64,000 nucleotides of DNA from Octopus vulgaris (GCA_951406725.2 OX597819.1:118730001-118794000); one strand, 5' to 3'. Counted from the stretch's first letter, positions 26,191 through 39,226 are shown. The notes: generated by a model not told the origin, from the letters alone. Numbers and translations: made by a program.

Positions 26191-29100
26191 TATCTCGGGC
26201 GAAAATGTCAAGAAACTGGTCTGCGAGGGAGTTGTAATTGTTCGCCCGCGCCTGGAAGTTTGCGTAGGGTGACTCGCCAAACAATATCATTGCAGCCGCG
26301 CTAAAGAGCAATGATTTTCGAGGACCACCTCCCAGTTAGAGCGAAAGAAACGAGAATTTCACCGTCCATAAGCTCTAATCAGGCAACACATGGACACTAT
26401 GGACATCATCTTAGGAGGGGACTGCATCAGGGAAGGCCAAAAGGATGAAGAAAACATCCAGCACACAACAAAAGACACAACCGAGAAACCTAGAACAAAG
26501 GGAAACAATGACACATGTCCAGCTCCCAACACAACTGAAGACCAAATAGGTGTGATGGCCGCAAAAAAAGGAAAGCACCCTAAAATTGATGGGAAACAAG
26601 AGGTAAATGACAAGAAAATTAAAACTAAAACAAACAGTGTTCAGAAAGAAAAGGAACTCCAGCAAGAAGTATAAGGGCAAAGGCAGAAACATCTGCAAAT
26701 TCTAACTGAAGGGGGACTGCTGGCACGGCGTCGAAGGTGCAAACTGTCGCTTTGCACATCAGAAACCCTACCAAAACCGCACGGACACGAGACAAAAATC
26801 CCTCCCTTGAGGAGAACAAAAAGATAAAGAAAACGAAAAATATAAAAGAAGGAAAAATATCGCACTGACCACTCCTGAAAGACGATATGCGGATGTAGTG
26901 CGCGGTAATCCAACAAATGGCCAGCTTCACCCATATGTGAGAAGGGCAGCAGCTGAACAGCAATCTTTTTTGTGCATGGCACAAAAAATTGTTCAGCAGC
27001 TGACCTGGCTACAAGCACAAAGCTGGAACTACCACCACATAAGGCCACCACCAACAAATGCAGGATTGTCACCACAGACACCAACACACACACAAACACA
27101 CACACCACAAAAATATTTTTACTGAACGTAAAAGGAAAATCTCATTCCTGAGAGACCTTGTGACATGCAATCAAGCTATATGCATGGCACTCACAGAAAT
27201 GCTTCTTGGACCCGATATAGGGGATGTAGAAATACACATGCCGCAATATGTAGTCATACGCCCAGATAGAAAAGGGAGGAGCCATGGTGGAGTTGTAATG
27301 TACATCCGAGATGACCTCACGCCCCAGGTCCTGTTGTCATATACAAACTCAGTGTGTCACACTCAAATTGTACACATAAGGCAATTGAATATCGTCATAT
27401 GCACTACATATCGCCCACCAGATGCCCCAAATCACTCAGGCATGTTTAGGAGAAGTCCTCACCAACCTTGAACAAAACAACATTGTATTCTTCATGGGTG
27501 ACTTTAACTTCCCCAATGTGGAATGGTCTGGGGGGGTAGATGCTCTCAGGGATGACACACCATCAGCAGGCACAGGCAGAGTCCCTGCTCCATCTCACAA
27601 ATGCCTCTTTCATGGTGCAAATAGTTCTGCAACAAACAAGGTCAGCTAATATACTGGATCTCTGCTTCACAAACAATATGGATATTGTCCATAACGTTAA
27701 AGTGATGCCGACAATGATCTCGGATCACAACATAATAGAGCTATCTATGTATGGACCAAAAGCCCCCGTAGACACACAGCCTATACGAAGCATCCACCAT
27801 CTCTCCAACTTAAACTTTCGTAAAGCAAACTGGAAGTTGATTGAGAAAGAGATCCTCAAACAGGATTAGTCTAAATGTCTCTCCACATCGGACATTAACA
27901 TGAAACACAAACACTTCATGTCCATAATAAAAGCCATATGTGACAAATATGTCCCAGTGTGCAGGGCCAGCATACACAAAAACAAAAACAGGATCCTTAG
28001 AGAAAGGAAGATTCTTATGAGACGACGGACAAGGTTTGCGAACCGCCTGAGCAAGCACACCAAAGTGGTGAGAAATCTCGGCTCGAGAGAATGCTAATTG
28101 AAATTGAGAAAAGTCTGCATCAGTCCCATGAAAAGGAGAGAGCAGATAGAGAAGCTTGGGTAATAGAAAATATTAAATCAAACACTAAAGCTTTCTTTAT
28201 GTTTGCCAAAGAGACAGACACAGTGCACCAGAGAATAGGACCTCTCTTCCAAAAAGATCGCTCTCTCACAGGAAATCCCACGAGGATAAGTGAAATACTG
28301 AACGAACAATTCCAAAGTGTGTTCACTACACCTCTAGGGCACAGGCAAGTAAACAACACAGAAGATTCTTTGCCACTTTACCTGCGGCCAAAGAGGCAAA
28401 TATTGAGTACATCAACATTGAAGATGATGATATCACACTAGCCATAGATGAGATTGACACAAACGCAGCTGCTGGACCTGATGGATTTTCAGTTATCCTT
28501 CTCAAATCATGCAAACGCTACAGCTTGCAAATCATGCAAAACCGCTACAGCTTCTTTTTCAGAGCTTTCTTGAAAGTGGTAAGCTCCCAGTCAAATTGAA
28601 AGAGGGGGTAATATGCCCTATCCATAAGGGAGGTAGCAGAGCAGATGCTAAAAATTATAGGCCTATCTCTCTAACCTCACACATCAGCAAAATCATGGAA
28701 CGAATAGTCCGCAAGAAACTAATCATGTTTCTTGAAGAAAATGACTTTCTGACTGACACCCAGCATGGATTTCAACCAGGTAGAAGCTGCCTAACACAGC
28801 TCCAGCAACACTATGACTGGGTCTTAAAACAGCTACTAAATAGCTCAAATGTGGATGTAATATATCTCGACTTTGCAAAAGCCTTTGATAAAGTCGACCA
28901 TGGTATGATCTGTCACAAGCTGTATGGTCTCGGCATAGGCGGAAAACTTGGAGAATCGCTGCACAACTTCCTAAAAGACAGAAGACAGGCAGTTGTGAGC
29001 GATGGAGCCACCTCCAAGAAAACGCAAATAACAAGCGGTGTTCCACAGGGCACTGTCTTGGGGTCACTGCTGTTCATAGCGGCCCTTTCAGACATGCCCT

Positions 29101-30027
29101 CAGTTGCTACGATGGCCACCCTTGCTAGCTATGCAGATGACACAAAAGTCTCCCACACAATACAAAACTCTGAAAATATTGCACATCTGCAACAGGAGTT
29201 GGATACAATGTACAGGTAGGCTGAGGACAACAACATGCAGTTTAATGCAGGTAAGTTCCAGGCCCTGCGCTACCGGCACACAATGGTAAACGACGTGCTG
29301 ACTGGATACACTGGCCCAGGAAGAATTGCAATCCCTGAGTCAAAATAAGTGCGTGACTTGGGCATTGACATGAGCAATGATGCATCTTTCCAAGTGCATA
29401 TTACTAGTCTGGTGATAAAATGCAGACAGCTAGCTGGATGGATTCTCCGAACTTTCAGAACAAGAGAGAAAGAGACACTGATGGTCCTCTGGAAAACATT
29501 CATCCTCAGCCGCTTGGACTACTGCTCCCAACTATGGTCACCACACAATATAAAACAAACAGCAGAACTCGAAGCAATTCAAAGAAGGTACACAAAGAAG
29601 ATCGTCTCAATGCAAAATATCAGCTACGGGGAAAGACTGAAAGTATTAAACCTCCTCTCCCTAGAGCGAAGGCGGTGGAGATATGCGGTGATATACATCT
29701 GTAAAATCCTGGAAGGTCTTGTCCCAAACTTTGGCATTCAAAGTTACCCCAGCCGCAGAACGGGGCGCCACTGCATGGTGCCAAAGATTCCAACATCACC
29801 ATCAAAATACAGGTCCAGATACTGCAACAGCTTGGGTTTCAGAGGAGCACAGCTCTTTAACATCATCCCTACATGCCTGAGAGACTTACATGGTGTGGAT
29901 GTGGGTTTCCCTAAAACTAAACTGGATCTCTTCTTGTCGGAAGTCCCAGATGAACCTACCTTACGATAGGAGACACAGATGCGGGCGGCGGCATCGAACT
30001 AAAACATTTTAAAGGATTGAAGGATTT
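26190..30027 (+). mobile_element. Near-full-length, decayed CR1-group LINE
   Basis: ORF1-like remnant at 26390-27100, APE and RT in ORF2, 3' tail ending AAAGGATTGAAGGAT. Confidence 0.9.
27120..29969 (+). pseudogene. LINE ORF2 (apurinic endonuclease plus reverse transcriptase), frameshifted
   Basis: APE motifs ALTE, DR..R.HGGV..YI, YRPP, GDFNFP, LDL.FTN, SDH; RT motifs YRPISLTS, QHGF..GRSC, YLDFAKAFDKVDH, GVPQGTVLG, YADDTK; C-terminal RDLG, SRLDYCSQLWSP. Confidence 0.93.
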
Positions 30028-30059
30028 TTATATGTAATATATATGTATATACTCTCTCT

Positions 30060-30115
<56 letters not shown>

Positions 30116-30117
<2 letters not shown>

Positions 30118-31260
30118 AACTATGCGAACCTGTTCGTTGGTTATGTTGAGGCCCAAATATTCTCTACTTTCACTGGTCCCACTCCTGAATTATATGGTCG
30201 TTACATTGACGACATTATCGGTGCCACCTCACTCTCCCGTGAACATCTAGATTCCTTCCTCTCTTTTGTTCAATCTTTCCATCCAGCCCTCCACTTCACT
30301 TCCACTATCTCCTACACCTCTGTCTCCTTCCTCGACATTTCGGTTAGCATTCTTCACGCCACTCTTACCACCTCCATTCAATAAAAACACACAGACTCAC
30401 ACTCTTACCTCAACTTCTCTTCCTCCCACCCAGAACACACCAAGCTTTCTATCCCCTATTCTCAATTCTTCCGTCTATGTAGGCTCTGTAGTGACGACCA
30501 TGACTTTGAGATTCAGTCTCAACGTATGGCTCACCACTTCACCCTACGTGGATACCCCCTCACCACTATCCACACCGCCCTTGCCAGAGCACGTTCCGTG
30601 GACCGTGTATCTGCTCTCTCTCCCCGAACCCGCCCTGTAGTCTCCCGCCTCCCTTTTCCCCTCACTTACCACCCCACGACCCTACCTCTCCAACGCACCA
30701 TTCTTCGAGCTTTCCGTCATCTCCAGTCCGACCCGTCCACTTCACACCTCTTCCCTAACCGACCCCTCCCCTCTTTCAAACGAGCCCATAACCTTCGCGA
30801 CCTTTTGGTCCATAGCTCCTTCCCTGACACTACCTCCCAACCTGGCTCGTTCCCCTGCTCCCGCCCAGGTTGCCGCACTTGCCCTTACCTCTCCAACACC
30901 ACCCTCCTCACTAGCACCCACCATCGACCCTATCCCATCATCCACTCCTTCACCTGCACCTCCAGCAATATTATCTATTGCGTCTCTTGCTCTCTCTGCC
31001 ATTCCCTGTACATCGGACAAACGGGACGCCGCTTGGCTGACCGGTTCGCGGAACACCTTCGTGAAATCCATCTTGCGAACGGCACACCGGTCTCACGCCA
31101 TTTCCGCTCCACCGGTCACTCCTTGCAACACCTGTCTGTGTTCGGTTTGTCCTTACACAGAGGCCATCCGGATTCCCGTTTGCGCCGTGAACAAGAATTA
31201 ATCTTCTCTCTTCGCTCTTATATGCCATTTGGTCTCAACTCTCCCCCCTCCTCATCTAAC
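30116..31260 (+). pseudogene. PLE RT (C-terminal half) plus GIY-YIG endonuclease, one in-frame stop at 30382-30384
   Basis: ORF-track pieces 30043-30384 and 30526-31644 share a frame; the domain ends near PFGLN. Confidence 0.88.
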
Positions 31261-31901
31261 CTCCGCCCCCCCGACCCCTACTTCTCTTCAGTCCTTCATC
31301 CTTTCACCCCTACTCCTCTTCCCTTCTTCCCTCTTTCTCCCTCCCTCCTTATTCCCTCTTCCCCTTCACTCTGTTCCCTCACTCCCCTTCTCTCTCTCCC
31401 CCTCTCCCTCTATCCTCCATCCTCCCCTCCTCTACTCTTCTCCTCTACTTCCTTCTCCCCCCTCCTCCTCTCATCTCCTTTCTTCTCCCCCTCCCCCACC
31501 TCTTCTCCCCCTCACCTTTCCTTCTCCCCTCTTCTCCCCCTTTCTTCCCCCCACACCCCTCCCCTCCCCTCCTCCTCTTCTCCTCTTTCTACACTACACC
31601 ATACGACTTTACACATCACATCATATATACATACACACGTCTAGACCTCTCATACGCACTAATACTCTCTCATACACACACACACACACTTCTCATACAC
31701 ACACACACACACTTCTCATACACACACACACACTCTTATGTTTGAGCGGGGTCATTCAACCCTATTATCTCCCCTAATTTCGCACTTGCGTCTCATGTTT
31801 GATATTTGACTTCTGGCCGAAATCAGATCGCCATGTTGATTCGTTAGCTACTGCACGCATTTTTTTTCTCTCCTTCTTTCGGTGTTTTTTTTCTCTGTGT
31901 A

Positions 31902-31939
31902 TCTTTCTGTTGAAGAGCGTAGGCTCAAAACGTTAAAGA
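31902..31939 (+). ncRNA. Variant or degenerate hammerhead motif in the PLE pLTR
   Basis: UCUUU-CUGUUGAA-GAGC-guag-GCUC-aAAA-CGUU-AAAGA; stems I and II are perfect, the core is non-canonical; related copy at about 52600-52630. Confidence 0.45.
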
Positions 31940-32067
31940 CTTGTTTCATTTATATTTCCTGAGCGCCATACTAATACAATTGTTTGTTTGTATTCCACCT
32001 GCCTTCATCTTTTGCTTATTTCCGTAAACCTGCCTTCGTCTTTTGTCTATTTTCATAAAGCTTACCG

Positions 32068-32137
<70 letters not shown>

Positions 32138-32435
32138 GTATATATATATATATATAATATATATAATTTAAAATATAATCGAATAAACGAATAGTGAATT
32201 GAGATATACACACCGTTGTTACTCGTATTTTACTCATCTACACTGAAAACTGTATATTTTATATAAAGTAGATTCTAAAGAATTTCCGAAGTGCAAATTC
32301 CAATGTAGGAGAATAAATTATAAATGAGTAATGAAATTCTACAAGTGTCAACTCATTACAGCAATGCCGTAATGAATTGACACTTGTACATCTTCGTTAC
32401 ACATTGTATATATACATATATATATATATATATAA

Positions 32436-32476
<41 letters not shown>

Positions 32477-32518
32477 AATATATATGTATATTTACACATA
32501 TATATATATATATATAGT

Positions 32519-32571
<53 letters not shown>

Positions 32572-32575
32572 ACAT

Positions 32576-32607
<32 letters not shown>

Positions 32608-32611
<4 letters not shown>

Positions 32612-33260
32612 GGAATACAAAAATGGGACAAGAATGCAAAACATCCCAACAGTTAGATGATAGAAAAGGGGACGAGAAAAGGCAAGTACGGCTTATTCGG
32701 AGTTTTCTTTCCTCAGTCGAGTTCCAGAATATATTTTCAATTTCGGGTGGTTATACTCGAGATTGCTCCAATCTTCGAGCCCCAAGGAAAAACTAAGCTA
32801 AGGCACTAGATTCCTTGGAAGAAAGCAGCGAATGTATAAATAAAACGGGGAAATGTCACACAATTACAAATACAATTAATAGGACATAAAAACAGGTGTC
32901 TTTCGTCTAAGGATGAAGTAAATTAAGCTGACGTGTGTGGAAGTGAAGCCTTAGAGCAGGGACATAAATGATGACAGGCACGGGAGGAATATAGATGTTG
33001 TTCGGATGGTAAACGAACCAAGAATGAAAGGTCAGGCTTGGCCGAACACCGGTCACATGGGATGAGAGGAAAGAGGCAGAGGCAGAGGGATAGAAGAATT
33101 AGAGAGGGATGAGAAAGAAAGACGAAAAGGCACAAAGTCAAGTGAAAGAGGAGAGAGGGTGAGAATGAAGAGAATGTCAGGAAATGTGAGAGAGGGGAAA
33201 GAAAGAAAGAGTGGAAAGTGCGTAGTAAGTGTGAAGGGGCTGATAGGGACTCCGCCATCA
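32608..33260 (-). mobile_element. Probable PLE 3' UTR/pLTR fragment next to (TA)n
   Basis: On the minus strand, a pyrimidine-rich tract followed by a CUGAGGA...GAA-like motif, ending at (TA)n; same layout as 31260-32068. No coding match. Confidence 0.4.
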
Positions 33261-33286
33261 GTTTCGACGTATGAGGCTTCGATATC

Positions 33287-33514
33287 TATTTCTTTACTAC
33301 CCACAAGGGGCTAAACACAGAGAGGATAAACAAAGACAGGCAAACGGATTAAGTCGATTACATCGACCCCAGTGCGTAACTGGTACTTATTTAATCGACC
33401 CCGAAAGGATGAAAGGCAAAGTCGACCTCGGCGGAATTTGAACTCAGAACGAAACGGCGGACGAAATACGGCTACGCATTTCGCCCGGTGGTCTAACGTT
33501 ACTACCAGCTCGCC
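33287..33514 (-). mobile_element. SINE family A
   Basis: Reverse complement of the family A consensus. Confidence 0.9.
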
Positions 33515-33980
33515 ATACCCTTACTTATGCAGTTAGAATGCTTATATCGAATGTGACATTCAAGACACGCCACCGATTTACAAAGAAGGCCACAAATTTT
33601 GCACGCCTGAGGATTACATGTTAGTGCCGGTAGTATATTTGCAGCCGCCTTTCGCCTTTGCCTAGCATTCCGGAGCCTATTAATGCTGGTTGCAGCAAAA
33701 CTTTTTTGATACCATTTGGTCACAGTGGTCTCCATTTTGGTAGAACGAAAGTTGTTTGCTCAAATGTGTCGTTAGATACCTTTATCACTAAGATGTTACT
33801 CTTCAGCTTGTTCTTATATCTGAACCCTCATCGACCAACATTCCTGTGTCCACTCTCAAGCTCGGTGCATATGAGCACCTTGGGCATACGTTCGTCACTA
33901 ATCATGTCACAATGGCCAGCCCAGCGGAAATGTGATTGTAGAAAGAAGCTCTAAATTCCGCCATTCTTACACTTGCTAAG
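33515..33980 (-). mobile_element. RTE-clade LINE 3' fragment
   Basis: RWAGH....DERMPK....EL..G.R.VGR...RYK and terminal C..CG..CKS...L..H.R, typical of the RTE ORF2 C-terminus. Confidence 0.75.
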
Positions 33981-33981
33981 C

Positions 33982-34012
<31 letters not shown>

Positions 34013-34319
34013 TGTATGTATGTATGTATGTATGTATGTATGTATGTATGTATGTATGTATGTATGCATGCATGTATGTATGCCTGTATGCATACCTGCA
34101 TGTATATATATGTATATATTAAGAAGAATGAGGCAGTCAGAATTTTGGATACTTCTTCATTAGTGCTTTCGTCCGCTTGAATAAACGGGGATGCTAATAA
34201 AATTTATCTCAAATTCAGACTGCCTTCTTGATACAAAATATTTGTGCCTCACTTGAACCAGCCCACACACGTTCACACTCACACCCACACACACATAGGC
34301 ACATGTATTATATTCTCTT

Positions 34320-34685
34320 TCTTTTATTTACCACAGTCATCTGACTGTGGCCATTCTGGAGCACCGTCTTTTGTCGAACAAATCGACTCAAGGACTTATT
34401 CTTTTCAAGGATAGTTCTTATGCTATCGGTCATGTTTAGCGAACCGTTAATGTTACGGGGACGCAAACTCACCAACATCGGTCGTAAAGTTACGGTGATG
34501 GATCAGACACAGGCATATATATATATATATACATATATATATATGTACGACAGGATTCTTAAATTTCCGTGTACCAAATCCCTCACAAGGCTTTGCATGT
34601 CCCGAGGTTATAGCAGAAGACACTTGCCGAAGGTTCCACATGGGTGGATTGAACCCAGAACCGTATGGTTGGGAAGCAAGCGTCT
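34320..34685 (-). mobile_element. SINE family B, diverged full-length copy
   Basis: Tail CAGTCATCTGACTGTGGCCATTCTGGAGCACCG through head AGAAGACACTTGCC...GAACCC. Confidence 0.85.
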
Positions 34686-34930
34686 GTCCCTCTATGCACA
34701 CCCCCAACACACAGATACAAACACACAATACGTTTTTCCTGTTACGCTTAGTAGGAACACACGGTACAGTGCAACTCTTGTAACGTATAACTAAGTGAAC
34801 TAATTTGTTGTTTGATTAGCAGAACAAGTCAAGTGAACTTCGACTAGTTTGCGCTGACAGCGGTTCATTTTAATTGCAATAATGAAATCAAACGACATAG
34901 CAATGGTTTGACGGTATTTAACACGTGCAA

Positions 34931-35307
34931 GGCGGCGAGGTGGCAGAAACGTTAGCATGCCGAGCGAAATGCGTAGCTGTATTTCGTGTGCCGTTACGTT
35001 CTGAGTTCAAATTCCGCCGAGGTCGACTTTGCCTTCCATCCTTTCAGGGTCGATGAATTAAGTACCAGTTACGCACTGGGGTCGATGTACTCGACTTAAT
35101 CCGTTTGTTTGTCCTTGTTTGTCCCCTCTGTATTTAGCCCCTTGTAGGTAGTAAAAATATAGGTATTTTGTCTGTAGTTACGTTCTCAGATCAATTTCCG
35201 CCGAGGTCGACTTTGCCTTTCATCCTTTCGGGTTCGATAAATTAAGTACCAGTTTCGCACTGGAGTCGATGTAATCGACTTAATCCGTTTGTCTGTCCTT
35301 GTTTGTT
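34931..35307 (+). mobile_element. SINE family A, dimeric (second unit from about 35162)
   Basis: Body TATTT..TCTG...CCGCCGAGGTCGACTTTGCC...CCTTGTTTGT occurs twice in tandem. Confidence 0.9.
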
Positions 35308-35379
35308 GATTCATCTTTTACAGCTTGGCATATATTTTGTATACTGACCAGATGTTCAATGCACAGGCTTATCAGAAAT

Positions 35380-36346
35380 TACATGGTAGCCTGCAAGTTC
35401 ATTAAAAACAACAGTGTAAACAACATTTGGAGTCGCGTACGCTCAGAACTGGAAATTCTCCGAACAGGAAATCAAGTGCCTTTGATTTGTTTCATCTAAC
35501 AAAACATATTAATTTTTGTTATATTTAAACATTTGCCGACATTCAGAACCCATTTGGTTCTGAAACGTAACTAGAAGTGAAAAAAATGTGGGACACCTAG
35601 ATTTGGTACTTGCCACCACCTTTGAGAGAGTTCAGAATTCCCCTTTAAGCAAGGTGAAATATTTAAGATCAAATCACATTTCACCTGTGCCTCGGAAAAC
35701 GCAATCTACGCCATTAGATGCTTAAGGTGTGGTAATAATTATATTAGCCAAACAGAAATATAACTCCATCGAAGAACCACTCTCCACAAAAACAAATTAG
35801 CCACCCACAATATAGAGATAGACGTTAGTGAACACATAGAAAAGTGTGCTAGGAATCTTAATCCAAATTTCTTAATTTTCTCCTTGTATCAATGTTCACA
35901 GAACGACTCAGTACAACAAAGAATGAATAAAGAGGCAACTTTCATCAATAAATATCTTCCACAACTCAATATGAACACATAACATAATACAGAATACTAC
36001 TAACCTTTCGATTAATACCACTAACACCATATATCCCATACATCTTTCACATTACAGATCTATATCTACCCTAATTGCACCAAATCCCTTACACATAATC
36101 CTTTTACTCAGGGACTAGTAGACCTGACACCGTTCATTAATCAGTGTGCATACAAAGCAATTAATAGAAAATTCACGAAACCAATATGCTTTTGAATTTC
36201 AAATTTTACAATAACGACTTTTTCTTTCTTTCATTCCTACCTCAGTCCATCTTATTCTATATATCTATCGTTACTTTTCATAAAAAAACCTTTACATTTC
36301 TCGATTTCCAATGTGCCTTTTCGTTTATTTTTCAACTTAATTTCCC

Positions 36347-36348
<2 letters not shown>
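35380..36348 (+). mobile_element. Decayed PLE 3' fragment (GIY-YIG plus 3' UTR)
   Basis: By-eye translation FTCASENAIYAIRCLRCGNNYISQT...VSEHIEKC...KEATFINKYLPQLN, similar to 61097-61387. Confidence 0.75.
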
Positions 36349-36438
<90 letters not shown>

Positions 36439-36439
36439 C

Positions 36440-36639
36440 TTTTCTGCTCTAGGAACAAGGTCTGAAATTTAGCGGGAGTGCGCCACTCGATTAGATCGAC
36501 CCCGTTACTTAATTTATTGACCCCGGAAGGATGAAATGCAAAGTCGACGTCGGCGGAATTTGACTCAGAACACAAAGACAGACGAAATATCGCTAAACAA
36601 TTTGCCTGGCGTGCTAACGTTTCTGCCAGCTCGCCGCCT
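36440..36639 (-). mobile_element. SINE family A with alternative 3' tail
   Basis: Family A head and body; the tail matches the distal end of the long copy at 10480-10540. Confidence 0.8.
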
Positions 36640-36999
36640 TATATTGCAATATTTGCAAACACCATTAATTAAATATTTATATGGAGGATTCTTTTTCGTT
36701 GACCGAACTATCTTAAATTTTATTTGAGTGCTAGTCTGTAATTGAAATTTTTATGATGTTCTGCTGAATCATGAATTGGGAGAAATATCAGATACGTAGC
36801 ACAAAATCACACGTATGTGTGCATGTCTACAGACAAACATATGCGGGCAGACACAGAAAGAATATTTGGCCTAATTATATGAGGTACCAAGTATAATCAT
36901 ATCGCGGCTGGTAAAACAAATACTGCACACCTTAACTCGATACTTCACCAGAAAAATTTCTATGTGTGCGTGTGTTAAAGTATGTGCTGCCGTGAATCT

Positions 37000-37122
37000 C
37001 GTGAAGCTTTTATGTGTTTTCACTCCATATACACACACAATGCCCGGTCTGGGAATCGAAACCGCAAACCTCCGACCGCGAGTCCGCTGCCCTGACCACT
37101 GGTCCATTGCGTCTCCACGCAT
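37000..37122 (-). mobile_element. SINE family C, tRNA-derived 5' part
   Basis: TGGACCAGTGGTCAGGGCAGCGGACTCGCGGTCGGAGG...GGTTTCGATTCCC on the minus strand. Confidence 0.75.
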
Positions 37123-37869
37123 TACCAAAGAACTATACTTATATATAAAGCTAAGTATGGGAAGTAGATAAATATGACTATCATGCAGAGCGACATATCG
37201 ATAGTGAATTTATATGAAAATGTGTTTTTGTACAAGCGCTTGTACAGTTTGTTCTGTAATATAGACATTCCTTGTAACATGGTGAGCATCTTCGTTTATC
37301 ATGTATTATTGCTTTTCGTAGACCAGTCGTGTTGCTATATGTGCTTGTGGCACCTTTGCAATATATATTTTCATAAAAGCTTCGGAGTAGCGAGACTGTC
37401 AACAAACATGTAAAAAAGAACATGTAAGTTTTCTTTAAGTGGGCGTTTTTTTTCTGTTTTCTGCGACGGCTGAGTACAGTTTTTCTTTTTTTTTTTTTAC
37501 ATGTAATCTGCTATATTTTATCATATAGTTTATCTTTTATTTTTCTTTGTCCAATTATTTATATAGATAAAAAGAAAAGTTCACACATGAAAAATGTTGT
37601 AAACTATGTTATATCTTCTGTTATCCATAACATGATATTTTATTTAGTAAGCTAAAGCAAATGGACACACTAAGCAACATCTACATGGAATTCTCTTCTA
37701 AAAAAAAAAAAGACGTTTGCACGTGCGTAACTATTCCAACACAGAATATATTTCTGCGATATATATTTGTATATATACGTTCGTTTGTGTTTAATCATTC
37801 ATAATTAAGTTCAGATCCATACACAACCTCTTACACACACAAACATGCAAATATATATATGAACATTTA

Positions 37870-38135
37870 TTTGTTTCAGTCATTTGATTGCGGTCATACT
37901 GGAGTACCGCTTTTAGTCGTAAGATTGACCGCAGAACTTATTCTTTGGAAACCTAGTACTTATTCCATCCGTCTCTTTCGCCGAACCGCTAAGTTACGGG
38001 GACGTCAAAACATCAACACCGGTTATCAAGTGATCTTGTGAAGACAATCAGTCACACAAATACATATACGCGCACGTGTGAGCGCACGCGCGTGTGTATA
38101 CGACGGGCTTCTTTCAGTTTCCGTTTACCAAATCC
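37870..38135 (-). mobile_element. SINE family B, 5'-truncated
   Basis: TTGTTTCAGTCATTTGATTGCGGTCAT...CCGAACCGCTAAGTTACGGGGACG...ACGACGGGCTTCTTTCAG. Confidence 0.85.
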
Positions 38136-38234
38136 TCTCAAGTCTATAATAATTTACATATGCATACATACACACACGTACACACACATATACATACATA
38201 CACAGACATATTTACACACACACACTCACACCTA

Positions 38235-38274
<40 letters not shown>

Positions 38275-38715
38275 GGATATTTTCGGTTTAACGGCAGTTT
38301 TTAACATAATTCTTAGGTAACTAAAAAATTCTAAACTTCGTATACTGGTAGAATGTGTTTATAAAACATCTATTTCTCTTGCCTTTATTGAGAAAATTCT
38401 AGAATTTGTAAGATATTTGTTGTTTTTTTCCTTCAGTTTCTGCAAATTCAACCAATCACTGACGTCTATTGAGGTAAAAAAACAACATTCTGAGCCGTAT
38501 GAATATGTCCCTCGTTTAAGAAACAGATTGGGTTTATTTACATTTGTGAAGAAAAAGAGACCCTTATCCCCACCCCTAACCCTAACCCTAACACTAACTA
38601 ACCCAAACCCTAAAACAGATTGAAATGCAAATGATCGATACTAGGGTCATAATTATGGGTGTACAATTTCATATGACACCGCTAGAATAAACTGCCGTTC
38701 AAACCGAACAGATCC
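38275..38715. mobile_element. MITE (441 bp) with about 27-bp TIRs, containing (CCCTAA)n telomere-type repeats
   Basis: GGATATTTTCGGTTT-AACGGCAGTTT versus reverse complement GGATCTGTTCGGTTTGAACGGCAGTTT; inserted in (AAT)n. Confidence 0.85.
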
Positions 38716-39226
38716 AATAATAATAAAATTAATAATAGTAATAATAACAATAACAATACAAAGTGACAACCAAGGAATGAGACCTCCATATAAGGTAAAT
38801 AGAGGAATATTTATATATGTATAGTTCAAGACAACCAGTAAGCTATCATAATAGTACTCGGAGCTAAGAGCTACGATGCATTCTCATCGGCTATTAATGC
38901 AGTTAGACCATTAATATCCGGTATTTGAACGTGCGAGTACTATTATTACAACTTACTGGTTGTCCTAATCCGTAAAAGTGTAATAGAACGAACATAAAAT
39001 TCGTAAATGTGAAAATTAAAACGATACAAACGGGGAACTGAATCTCAACATGGGTGCTGACAAGCCTATTATAAAGGAAGAAACGTGGAAGCTTATCAGT
39101 GAACCGAAATTAATTAAATCTAAACGGAATCTCTTTGCAACTGGTGTTATGGCAAAGAGATTATATTTTATCGATGAATGCGTTTTTAACGTAACCTTTC
39201 GAGGTCAAACGAAACAAGCTACGATA

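Larger units (their letters stand above)
30116..32068 (+). mobile_element. 5'-truncated Penelope-like element (Neptune-type) inserted in (TA)n
   Basis: RT YANLFVG...RYIDD...FLD, thumb SHP..TK.SIPYSQF.RL, Cys-rich linker, GIY-YIG IIYCVSC..C..LYIGQTGRRLADRF.EH; (TA)n on both sides. Confidence 0.92.

Noticed and set aside
25190-26237. Several 140-225 aa Leu/Ser/Pro-rich ORFs
   Set aside because: Pyrimidine-rich tandem repeat with no domain signal.
31229-31777. Extension of the PLE ORF into a long Pro/Ser/Leu tail
   Set aside because: Read-through into a low-complexity 3' UTR after the endonuclease ends.
32680-32725. CUGAGGA...GAAU hammerhead-like motif on the minus strand
   Set aside because: GAAA and stems I/III cannot be formed convincingly.
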